DNA of 22,447 nt from Hydrurus foetidus. Lineage: Eukaryota. The notes under the pieces were generated by a model, which was given only the letters and a program-made list of their open reading frames with translations, was not told the DNA's origin and searched no databases. Every line of letters begins with the position of its first letter. The stretch's first letter is position 1. The stretch spans positions 62,001-84,447 of the forward strand of contig UYFQ01000788.1 of NCBI GenBank assembly GCA_900617105.1. Reading direction: 5' to 3'. The translations under genes were made by a program, and so were the position numbers. Shown piece after piece: positions 9,488 to 20,989 of this stretch.

Positions 9488-11989
9488 ATGGTCAATTCGA
9501 AGGCGTCTCGTCGTAAGGCTGCCACCTTATCTCCTACCGGCATCCTGAAATTACGGAGAGCCCATTCGCCGCGTCATTCGCCGTCGTTTACTTGTGCGTC
9601 ATCACCAACGATCGCTTTATCGAGCCCAAGCTCCCCTCCCATTCCGTGGTAATCTTTATCGTCATCGTCATCGTCAGCGTCATCATCATCTTCCTCGTCC
9701 TCGTCCTCATCATCGTCATCATCATTGAGTTCAGCGACAGCCACGTCATCTACTTCTCCAACAAAAGAGAAACCTCCGACGCCTAAGAAAAGGGGCATCT
9801 CTTGCTTTTACAAACCTCGTTCGCCTGTGAAAATGACACCAGTTATGGCATCAGTCGTCGTAGGCAAGCCTACTAAAGGCGTGATTCTGACGGAAACGAG
9901 GGAAATGGGACAGTGTCCAAAGTCTGATTTGGCTCGGACAAGAGTAGTGGCTGTGAATGTTGATCAGAGGCATATCTCATTTGGCAAAGATTTGACACAG
10001 ATAAAAGCCCTCGTCCATCTCCGTACAACAGATCCAAAAACACCATTTTTCACGAAAGGTATGTCCTACATTACAAAAAATCTACTAGCAGTGACATCTT
10101 ACAGCGATATTTAATGTGTCCGTTACTTGCCGTTTTCTTTGAAAGCCTCTGGAGGTACTGTATTATGGTGCAATGTCTGCCGGTGTGCCTGTTCTCCAAA
10201 GAGCTCTCACTGTATTGACCATTTAAACACTCCGAAGCACAAGAATTTCGCGATATCACGAGCTAAGGAGGTAGCAGAAGGTCATAAGGCACGGGATTTC
10301 ATTTTGGAGTATTTTACGAAATCTCGTGCAAAGTCAGAGACGATTGATATTCGGACATTGGAGTTTCGATTTAAAACGATGACAAACTTTCTCAAGAATG
10401 GCACACCTCTTCTTAAAATCGATGGTTTCCGTGCATACCTCGAGGACATTTCCGGAATGTCTCTGACGGCGTCGACCCACATGCGGCAACTTTTGCCTTC
10501 ATTGCTGGAACAAGAGGTCGAGACAATCAAGCAAGAGGTTTCCCGCCATCTTATCACAGTCATTTTTGATGGCACCACTCGCGTCGGTGAAGTTTTTTCT
10601 ATCGTCTTCCGATTCGTCACCAACGAATTTGTAATAAGTGAACGGTTGGTTGAGCTGGGCAACTATCAACATGGATTCAATCATGAGGAACTAGTATCCG
10701 CGGTGAGAATCATAATCAGTAAGTATGACTTGTACTTAGGAGCAGCTGAACGTGGAAGAGTCCAGAATGTTGGTCAAGTGATTTCTTTTCAGCGTGACAG
10801 GTTAGAAGCTATGTTTATCGTATACCAATTTTGAGGTCTTACACTAATCATTGCTGACGAATCTCCCATCAGGTGTGCAACAAATGGTGCTGCTGTACCT
10901 ATTCTGATGAGAAGTTATCTAGGGGCGAAAGATATGGAGTGTTTAGCACACACAATAACTCATATGGGGGAGCATTTGTCCATCCAGTTACTTTTGAGGT
11001 TCAAGCAAGACATTTGTGGTCTCATAAAAGACAGTCACCACTCATCGAACCATTTCTTCGATACTGTGGGCCATCACTTCCTTCATCCCGGGAACACGAG
11101 ATGGTGGTCAGTCTACGACCTCTACAAAGACATTCAAAGTTACTTTGATGAAGTTGTTCTATTCGTCATGACTGCTGTCGAGAATGGTGGTGTCGGTGAG
11201 GAGGGGGCTAGAATAAATAGACTTATGGAAACAGTGAACTCGAGGATCTCGAGAACCTGGTTGAAATTGGAGTTGGATATCGTTGTACTCATTATGAAAC
11301 CGGCGGTGGAAGCCACCTACATTTTGGAGGGTAAGGGTCCAACATCCCTCATCGCATTCGATTTGTTGGAGAACATTCGCGTTGGATATGAAGCCCACAT
11401 TACAGACCTTACGTTTCCTGGGCTCAATGAAGCCATCGATGACTGTGTGGAGAATCTTGATGATGATAATCCTGATATGTCGAGGGAGTGGGTGAAGGGG
11501 AAAGTGAAAGGCATTATCGTGCCTGCATTTGAATATTATTTCTCTCGCATATATGGTTTGCTCTCTGAGGACGTTGTTATTTACAAGTGCCTAAGATATG
11601 CCAATCCAATTGCGATGAGGCGTAACAATCAGACTTTTGAGATGAGGTTGTTCAAGGAGGCATTGGTCAGTTTGAATCACTTCGAAGCGTACGAGATAGA
11701 AGACATGATGCATGAAGCTCCCGAGTACATTATTCTGTGTGACAGCATCGTCCCAGCCGCAATCAATAGAAAGGAAGAGATGGAATACGCTAACATATTT
11801 TGGACAGACCACGTTCATGATCTTCGTAAATTGGCTCGATTCGCTCAGTACGCCTTCACTATCACAACATCATCAGGATCTGCGGAGCGTTCCTTCTCGA
11901 CTCTAAAACGCTGCTTCGGCAATGGACAAAGACTCGCCCTTGAAGATTATTCTATGCTGTCATGCATGCTTCAGACTAATAGAAGATAA
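9488..11989 (+). CDS. hAT transposase, exons 9488-10058, 10146-10800, 10873-11989; one in-frame TAA at 9650-9652 in the Ser-rich N-terminus
   Basis: GT-AG introns 10059-10145 and 10801-10872 join three same-frame ORFs. Motifs: C2H2 finger CNVC...HLNTPKH, FDGTT (D), RDR (D), CLAH (CxxH), TRWWS (RW) and SAERSFS (E, dimerisation domain). Translation could start at a downstream ATG (~9833). Confidence 0.9.
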
Positions 11990-12034
11990 TGCTCTCATCC
12001 GTGGAAAACGATTTTATATTTGTAGAGTACCTTC

Positions 12035-12205
12035 ACTTTCTTTTCATTTGACTCTCTTTGTTTTCAGTTGCTCACTTTTAGTTTTGACTCCCTTTGTTTT
12101 CATTTACTCACTTTTTGTTTTGACTCACTTTGTTTTCATTTGACTCCCTTTGTTTTCATTTACTCTCTTAAAGTTTTGACTCCCTTTGTTTTCATTAACT
12201 TGTCC
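12035..12205. repeat. T-rich minisatellite (TTTGACTCCCTTTGTTTTCAT-like units) 3' of the transposase
   Basis: At least five recurrences of TTTGACTC(C/A/T)CTTTGTTTTCA. Confidence 0.75.
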
Positions 12206-12224
12206 TTTATCGAATAATTTTGCT

Positions 12225-12640
12225 GACCGTCAGCGTGGCCGATTAAGAGACTTCTGTCACAACCCGGCAGATGTCTCATGTTGCTGCAGTCAGCACTCAG
12301 TCGTACCGACTGTTCTGAATACGACACGATCAAGCTGCTTTCCCACTAGGCTACTGATGACGGCAGCGACACCGTCCTCATCACCGCTTTAGAGGCCAAT
12401 ATCACGATCGAGCAGATGTCGCACCTTGCTGCCGTCAGCAGTCTACCGTCAGTTGAACTGACTGTGATGGCTACGCCATGATCAAGCAGCAAGCAGCTGT
12501 CCCACTACGCTGTAGATAGCGACACCGTCAGCAGCGCCGATTGAAAGACTGACATCATAATCCAGCAGATGTCCAACGTTGGCCATCTACTGTCAGTCGT
12601 ATCGACTGTGATAACCGCACCACGGTCAAGCGGCTGCCTG
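12225..12640. repeat. Three diverged ~150-bp tandem units inside the hAT element
   Basis: The anchors ACCGTC...GCAGATGTC...GACTGT...TCAAGC recur three times in order. Confidence 0.7.
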
Positions 12641-13647
12641 AGGGTACACATGTTGAGCAAATCCACCCATCGCCAAACATAGAAATCAATGATTTTAAAT
12701 GATGCTAGATTACTAGCTGCAAATAAAAGCTTTCTGGTGATCAATTTGATCAATCTACAAAGGTAAAATGCGTCTGTAGGATGACGTTCCGCTAATACAT
12801 CGACAATTATGCACGCGGCACCCATCACTTACTTCAGCCGCTGAGACTGGTCAAAGCCAAATTCAACGATTGAACGAGAGATAGCCTTCGCATCTCAAAG
12901 ATATCCGTCTCATTTGTCTAGCTATTTTGGTTTCTAGGAAACCAGCTTCCTAATGAAGACTTTTACTAGCTTATTTGGCGAAACCTCGCCAACACTGCCA
13001 ACTGATGCTGGCACTGTTCACGCCTACATTCATTAATTTCAAGCATAGTGATACCTTAGACAACTTTTCATTAACTTGAGATGGAGTTTTGACAACTGTG
13101 GTGATGTCAGCAACCAAAATCAATTCTGAGGGGGCATCCGCAGCAATCACAAAAAGATCACACCTCAACAACGGCAGCAATCACGCGGCAAATCCTGCTG
13201 ATTTACATTTCCCAATTGACCACTTGTATATTTGCTCTTTAGTGTAGAGATGATCTGCGTTTGGAACTTCCTTCGATCTGAGAATATGTTGTCAATCGAA
13301 ATTCGCATCCGGTCAGATGCTAACAACTGTCTGTTGCGGATTTTCCGTTAATAAAATTGAAAACGGTTCATTATAGAAAATTTAAGATGTTTTTTGACCA
13401 AAACAGTTTCTACTTTTCATGGCGATATCGGGATATCACGTTGACGGCAGAAATTACGTTGCTGATTAGGGATTTTGTGACTTATGGCATTTTTTGGTAT
13501 TGCTGTTGATAGAACACACTCTGGGTGTTCAAAATCTGCAATGAAAGTTTAAAAATTCTTCATAATTGTCGAGATAGCAGAGCCGGTTTTGAAAGCCGGA
13601 AAAAAAGCCGGATTGGGGATTCTCAGAGCCGGTTGTGTCAGACCCTA

Positions 13648-14380
13648 CCAGAAGCTCATTATCATATTGACTATACCATCTATTGTCGGGTGATGAATAT
13701 CGCCGTAGTATTCTGTTGCTGCTTTTGCTGTTTCAGGCGTCTTCAAAGCACATACATATGCCAGGTCGCCAAGTGGACGTCCTGACTTCTTGCCTCTCTT
13801 CTGAGTCCAGTGCGCCTTGCAAAGATGTAGTTTAGGTACGAACTGCCTCGCTAAGTGAGCTGGAAGAATGAAAGCAAGCTGTTGATCCAGGGTGGCGCCA
13901 AGCATTTTGTTAACTGCGGGATGCACTCTGACATACGAACGTCTCAGAGGCGTCAGTGCATCGCAGTCTGCACCATTTGGTTGAAAGGTATTCGGCAAGT
14001 GAACTTTCATTCCAACCACCAGATCCATCATTTTGACTTTCTCCAACCGCTGACCGTAGGGCGGCGACTCGGTTCTTGTTCAATCGATTTTCAGATAGGA
14101 TTTGGTGAAATCCAATTGAGCTGCTTGAAGGCATCTGACATGGCTGTCCAACAGAGACTGTGGAAAACCATACCCTCCCGCTCACTCTAAAGCCTCCTTT
14201 TTGCCATACTCATCAATAGCAGCGTTGTCCGCTTCAGCGACAAGTGACACGAGATGTTCATCCGAAGGTCCATTGGCTGGAGATAAGAGTCTGATCCATC
14301 TTTGCACATGTGCTGCAGTTCCCCATCCATCGTCAATTCTAGGAATGAATTTGTCTCCTATGATGATTTTGAAATACATT
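13648..14380 (-). pseudogene. pol N-terminal part of the YR retroelement (frameshifted)
   Basis: ...KAHWTQKRGKKSGRPLGDL...IHHPTIDGIVNMIMSFW joins in frame to EKSLSDMPG...MDPKGAY once the hAT element and one TSD are removed. Confidence 0.82.
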
Positions 14381-14711
14381 GATTTCTTAGTATCACGTCA
14401 GCTTTAGTTGCAGCCGCAAACATTTAGCTTGCGACTACATCCACGACATTCCTATTGGAACTACCGCCCATGCAGTCAGAGACTGCATCCAGAATAATGT
14501 AACTCTCCTGCGGTCTCCTTTTTGGAGTGCACGCACCATCAATGATAACAAACTTTATTTTGTATCTCATTTCAATCACGAACTTTTTGTCCGCACAATG
14601 TCTTCTATGCATGAAGGCATTAAGCAATGATCAGTAGTAGCAGTACGATTTTACCTGTTAATTTTCAGGCCTTTTTTGCAGTCGGTGTGCCTTTCGCTGC
14701 GACTGCCTTCG

Positions 14712-15005
14712 TTTTAACGGGCTTTTTAACCAACTTAATTTTCGTTTTCGGACTCCAAAATCTAAATCGTGGAGTTGGACCCGCACCTTTTGAGTTGGGG
14801 TGAAACACCCAGTAAAAGAGTGTAAAACTCAAATTCTCGTGGTGTACTGGAAAATTCGGTGTTCACGTGACTGGCATATTTTACCAACTCCAAATCCCCA
14901 ACTCCTCAACGACATCCAAAACGAAGGAGTAGGATGAAATTTAGGCCTAAAATTTTCGTCATTTTTACAGCTCCCACCCAACTCCAACGAGTTGGAATAG
15001 GGCCA
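14712..15005. mobile_element. Left-truncated copy of the AAT-TSD MITE
   Basis: The right TIR (CCAACGAGTTGGAATAGGGCCA + AAT) is present and the left TIR is absent. Confidence 0.7.
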
Positions 15006-15043
15006 AATGCACATGGCATCGTATGTCGTAAATCGCTCACAAG

Positions 15044-15246
15044 CGAAACATACAGAGAAAAATCCTCAAAATGTCGCCGTTCAATATAATTCCACCCAAG
15101 TTCTACCCCGAGGATTTGAGGATTTCTGGAATCTTGAAAACGAAACCTCAGATTCTGAGGTTTCATTTCGAGGATCTTGGGTACAGCGACGTAACGTCGA
15201 CGTTTGAGGATTTGAGGATTCGAGGATTTTTTCGGTGTATGTTTCG
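15044..15246. mobile_element. ~200-bp MITE/foldback element, copy 2
   Basis: Copy of 5232-5431. Confidence 0.6.
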
Positions 15247-15321
15247 GCTGTCATCATTCGTAAAATGTGGCGCGGATGGCTGCAGTAACAACAGAAAGTG
15301 GCTTCAGGCAAAACAACGACC

Positions 15322-15393
15322 AGCGCGAAATCGGATTCGAACCAATGACCTAGTGAGCTGCAATCACTTGCTCTACCACTGAGCTATTCACGC
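15322..15393 (-). tRNA. trnC-GCA: tRNA-Cys(GCA), copy 2
   Basis: Identical by eye to 5507-5578. Confidence 0.93.
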
Positions 15394-15492
15394 CTATGCG
15401 CCACCACGTAGCATAGCACAATAGCAAGTCCTAAATTTATTCTCATCAATCAAATGGAGTGATGAGAAGAAGCACTTCCTTTCCACGTGTTA

Positions 15493-15884
15493 GGCCAGTT
15501 CTTATGGTAAACAGAGTATGCCGACCCGAAAGTATACCATTTTTGAAAAGTATACCTCGAAGCAAACTTTCACGATTCCGGCAATCTGCCACCGTTATGG
15601 TACTTTCACGGAAAGTAAAATAGTAAACCTGTACCGTACCTCCGGTATATCGACGATGTTGCATGTGTGTAGTGTCCGGTATGCACGGAGTGCCCGGTAT
15701 GGGTACTCTTTTTCGTGTCAAAGTAAACGAAGTAAACGCCGTTTACTTTGACATTTCGGAAATGAAAACCGTTTCTACTTTGACACTTTTCGAGATACAC
15801 TCGGTACCAACGGGGTCTTTGTTTTTTCCAAACACATACATCGGTGCATACCTTCAGGTAAACCGGGTGCCATAAGAACTGGCC
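15493..15884. mobile_element. PIF/Harbinger MITE, TTA TSD, copy 2
   Basis: Same TIRs and TTA flanks as 5678-6088, with several small indels. Confidence 0.82.
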
Positions 15885-16047
15885 TTAGGCTATAGCTCCA
15901 CATTAGGCTTAGCATTATCGGATTATCGCAATATGTACGTACGCTTCATATTTCCACGATGTATTGCGATTGATCTCGATTGATACTCGCCACATTATAT
16001 TTACCTTACATTGGGTGCACACACGCAATAAGAGATTCGAATATTAC

Positions 16048-16325
16048 TCAGTTTGGACGCACCGCGTCACGAACAACAGAAAGTATTCCCCCTTCCAAAG
16101 CCGATGCTTCTGTTCTGATGATTAGACGCCTCACATCCTCGATATCTGGTGCCACCCCTGCATAAAGTGCTTTACCCGACAAAGGTCCGTGACCTGCAGA
16201 AGAATAGTCGTATATCTTGTGCAACACCATGGACTTCTCGGAGTTATAACAACTTTCTCTCCGGTCCTCTTCAGACACTCCAACAGCGCGCATGTATGTT
16301 GTAGCAGCCTTTCGCAAAGAATGAC
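16048..16325 (-). pseudogene. Tyrosine recombinase C-terminal fragment, copy 2
   Basis: HSLRKAATTYMRAVGVSEEDRRE...YDYS, cut just upstream of HSLR by the satellite. Confidence 0.85.
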
Positions 16326-19300
16326 ACACTACACACTACACACTACACACTACACACTACACACTACACACTACACACTACACACTACACACTACACACT
16401 ACACACTACACACTACACACTACACACTACACACTACACACTACACACTACACACTACACACTACACACTACACACTACACACTACACACTACACACTAC
16501 ACACCACACACACTACACACTACACTACACACTACACACTACACACAACACACTACACACTACACACCACACACTACACACTACACACTACACACTACAC
16601 ACTCCACACTACACACTACACACTACACACTACACACTACACACCACACACCACACAACACACAACACACACTCATTAATTCACACACTACATTAATTAC
16701 ACACTTCACACACCACACACTCACACACCTACACTCATACACCTACATCTAACACTCACACACACCCTCACACACATCTACACACTCACACTCACACACT
16801 CTCTCACACACTGTCACACTCTACACGCTCACTTTCCTACTATTTCACTCTCATTCTCACTGTCACACTCACACACACTCACACTGCCACACACTACACA
16901 CTACACACCACACTGCCACACACACACTACACACTCATACACTCACACACTACACACTACACACTACACACTACACACTACACACACACACACACACTTA
17001 CACACTACACACTACACTACACACTACACACTAAACACTACACACTACACACTACACACTGCACACTACACACTACACACTACACACTACACACTACACA
17101 CTAAACACTACACACTACACACCTGCCACACCACACATTTGACATGATGAGATGATTTATTTGACACATTTATGAGATGAGATGACAGACACAGGAAATG
17201 ACATGATAGACGACAGACAAGACATCACATGCGATGATACATCACATGACATATTTAGAGATGACACATTTAGAGATAGAGATGATGACATGAGATCAGA
17301 TGAGATGAGGATGAGATGACACAGGAGATGACATGACATGACAGGATGAGAGGACTACACCTGAGACGACTAGACGATACCACACTACCACACCACCGAC
17401 CACACACCACCACCACCCACCACCACTGACTACACACCACACACTACACCTGCACCACCACACCACACACCACACACTACACTACACCAAACCACACCTA
17501 CACATCTTCACACTCACACACCACCACCAAGCACACCACCACCACACACCACACGCACACCACACCATCTTTACACACCACACACTCACTCACTCACACA
17601 CCACACCACACCACACACTTTTTCACACACACACACCTTTTTTACACTACACACTATTACACTACATACTACACACTTACACACTACACACTCACACACA
17701 CTACACACTACACACTACACACTACACACTACACACTACACACTACACACTACACACTACACACTACACACTACACACTACACACTACACACTACACACT
17801 ACACACTACACACTACACACTACACACTACACACTACACACTACACACTACACACTACACACTACACACCACACACTACACAATTCACACACATCACACA
17901 CTACACACTACACATCACACACTACACACTACACACTACACACTACACACTACACACTACACACTACACACTACACACTACACACTACACACTACACACT
18001 ACACACTACACACTACACACTACACACTACACACTACACACTACACACTACACACTACACACTACATTACATACACACATACACACACACACTACACACT
18101 CACACACACACACTGACACACTACACACTACACACCACACACTACACACCACACACTACACACCACACACTACACACTACACACTTCACACTACACACTA
18201 CACACTACACACTACACACTACACACTACACACTACACACCTACACACTCACACACTACACACTACACACTACACACTACACACTACACACTACACACTA
18301 CACACTACACACTACACACTACACACTACACACTACACACTACACACTACACACTACACACTACACACTACACACTACACACTACACACTACACACTACA
18401 CACTACACACTACACACTACACACTACACACTACACACTACACTACACACTACACACTACACACTACACACTACACACTACACCACACCACACTCACACA
18501 CTACACACTACACACTACACACTACACCCTACACACTACACACTACACACTGCACACTCCACACTACACACTACACACTACACACTACACACTACACATC
18601 ACACACTACACACTACACACCAAGCACACTACACACTACACACTACACACTACACACTACACACTACACACTACACACTACACACTACACACTACACACT
18701 ACACACTACACACTACACACTACACACTACACACTACACACTACACACTACACACTACACACTCACACACACTACACACTACACTACACACTACACACTA
18801 CACACTACACACTACACACTACACACTACACACTACACACCACACACTACACACCACACACCACACAACACACAACACACTACACACAACACAACACACT
18901 TCACACACTACACACTCAGAACAATTACACACTAAGCACACTACACACTACACACTACACACTACACACTACACACCTCCACACACTGCTACACTACACA
19001 CTCACACACTCATACACTACACACTAAGCACACTACACACTACATTACACTACACAACACATATCTTACACTTACATGTCCACACACCACACACCACACT
19101 CCACACACCACACACCACACACTACACACTACACACTATACACTACACACTACACACTACACACTACACACTACACACTACACACTACACACCACAATAA
19201 TTCACACACTACACACTACACACTACACACTACACACTACACACTACACACTACACACTACACACTACACACTACACACTACACACTACACACTACACCA

Positions 19301-19437
19301 CACACACTACACACTACACACTACACACTACACACTACACACTACACACTACACACTACACACTACACACTACACACTACACACTACACACTACACACTA
19401 CACACTACACACTACACACTACACACTACACACTACA
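16326..19437. repeat. ~3.1-kb (ACACACT)n heptamer satellite with degenerate patches and an internal (GATGA)n-like block at ~17140-17350
   Basis: Direct reading; the HTTHYTL ORFs are translations of this repeat. Confidence 0.97.
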
Positions 19438-20085
19438 TCGCATAGTAGTGAGACATTGCCCTACAAGTCATCTGAATCGTGTGTTTTTAGAAGACTATCA
19501 TCTTTTATCATCCCAAAAAGCGTTTCCCAGATAAAAGTGACAAATCAAAACGTAATGATGATTTTCGTCTGAAAATTGGAGTTTTTTTGCACCATTTTTT
19601 ATTTTTTAAAGGCCCAAGTCAGGTGGGGGTCCATAACAGCACCTCACAAAAAGAATTGATGTACATCTGAAAAAATAATATGATGGTGATGCACAATATC
19701 TCATTTTTGAAAACAGAAAAGTCGTACGTAAATACTGTTCGATCTTCAGATAAGCAAATCGAAATTCGATCAGGAATGACGTTAGATTTATTTTATTATA
19801 CAGGATATTTTTTATTTATTATTACATTTTTTTAGTTAAATTATTTTATCACTTTATTTCCATATATGTATGATTTTACTTGAGAGAAGTTTCTTTTTCT
19901 GGCGGGAAGTGTTGAGTTGATTCTAATTTCTAATGGCTCTTTGCATATCAAATAACACGTGTCGTCAATAAACACATGTGTTGGCCCTCAGAAAAGCATC
20001 TTTGCTCGAAGCATCAACATCACTTGTTGAGGAGTACGACGCCTATGCTAAACTTATAATAAAGTCTCTTTGCCATTCCTTCATA

Positions 20086-20195
20086 TCAGTGTGTAGATGG
20101 CCTATATAAAGCTGGTATCTTCAACACTAAATCATTTAGCGCTAGATGGTTTAGTGGTGAAGATACCAGCTATATATAGGCCATCCACGCGCTGA
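20086..20195. repeat. 110-bp near-perfect palindrome (55-bp arms)
   Basis: The arms pair around the central TAGCGCTA with 48 Watson-Crick pairs, 4 T-G and 3 mismatches on the plus strand (manual count). Confidence 0.9.
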
Positions 20196-20815
20196 CACGT
20201 CACTTTCATATTCCATCTTTTTCGAGCAGCATCCTTCTGATTAACGCAACAATAACTATCACCGCTGCGAGTTTCCAACATTGAATTCATCTATGAAGGA
20301 ATGGAGAGACATGAGTTATCTACAAAACGAGATTCAACCACTCTAAAGCTATGTACCATTTGCATGGGAACTATGATCGTTTTAAGGCGACCAATTTATC
20401 ATATCTCAGTATTGAGTGAATACTCAAAAATCCTTGTCGATGAAACTAAGTCGATAGTGAGGCTCAGGAAGCGCCAAAATAGGGGACAAAAAGGTTCAAA
20501 AACAAATTTCTTCCTTGATCAATCTAAGTCCACTAGCTATCATAGATTACCAGTAGTACTGAAGAAAAGAGAATGCCTAATCTTAAATTTACCCTTAAGC
20601 AAGCTGCAGTATGCAGCTGGAGTACGTCGCGTAAAAAACTGCATGAACGCATCAAAGCATCAAGACTCAGTGAACATCATGTGGCACTCAATTTCCTGAG
20701 GGGTGGTTGTGTATTATGTATAGGTTGTGGATAATTTGTGAAACTGTACATGTTCCATTTGAACAGAGAGATGCTTCTAATTTGATGAACTGTTCTTTCG
20801 TTGATATTGTTGAAT

Positions 20816-20989
20816 TCATAACTAAACCAAGAGTCCGAGTTTTTTTCCCCGGTTTTCTTTTATTTCCTTGATTTGTTTTCTTGATTCCGCAGTTCGGTTC
20901 AAGGATTTTCGTTTTTTGAGGAATGTTCCCAGACAAAAAAACGGAAAAAAGAGAAAACCGAGAAAACCGAAAGTCTGGTTTAGTTATGA
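20816..20989. mobile_element. ~175-bp MITE upstream of tRNA-Met
   Basis: 14-bp TIR TCATAACTAAACCA / TGGTTTAGTTATGA with subterminal CGGTTTTC / GAAAACCG repeats. Confidence 0.65.

Larger units (their letters stand above)
8958..13647 (+). mobile_element. hAT-superfamily DNA transposon, 4,690 bp, full length
   Basis: Perfect 23-bp TIR TAGGGTCTGACACAACCGGCTCT (8958-8980, 13625-13647) and perfect 8-bp TSD CCAGAAGC (8950-8957, 13648-13655). It encodes a hAT transposase. Confidence 0.96.
6100..14400 (-). mobile_element. Decayed tyrosine-recombinase retrotransposon (DIRS order, Ngaro-like RT-RNaseH then YR), interrupted by a hAT element; ends not resolved
   Basis: RT, RNase H and YR motifs are collinear on the minus strand, with several stops and frameshifts. 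I recognised no gag and no DIRS1-type methyltransferase domain. Confidence 0.85.
14738..16325 (+). repeat. ~1.6-kb direct repeat, copy 2 (partial MITE, MITE, tRNA-Cys, MITE, YR 3' end)
   Basis: Near-identical to 4926-6529. It starts inside the AAT-TSD MITE and ends abruptly at the satellite. Confidence 0.95.

Noticed and set aside
6812..9652. In-frame TAA/TAG stops as a sign of a non-standard genetic code
   Set aside because: They occur only in decayed TE ORFs, alongside frameshifts, and replace different expected residues (W, probably S and K). Host-type ORFs end in TAA.
9574..9798. Acidic minus-strand ORF and hydrophobic plus-strand ORF
   Set aside because: They are alternative frames of the (TCA/TCG/TCC)n poly-Ser region of the transposase leader.
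12035..12640. Regularly recurring motifs as a CRISPR-like array next to RT and recombinase genes
   Set aside because: The units diverge throughout, with no constant repeat and unique spacer pattern. There are no cas genes and the context is eukaryotic.
14424..14627. 67-aa ORF as the retroelement gag
   Set aside because: It is short and has no zinc knuckle or other gag feature.
16189..19534. His/Thr-rich ORFs (HTTHYTL repeats) at 16189-16752 and 19076-19534
   Set aside because: They are translations of the ACACACT satellite.
20301..20699. 132-aa ORF
   Set aside because: It has no recognisable motif or splice support, so I cannot support it as a gene.
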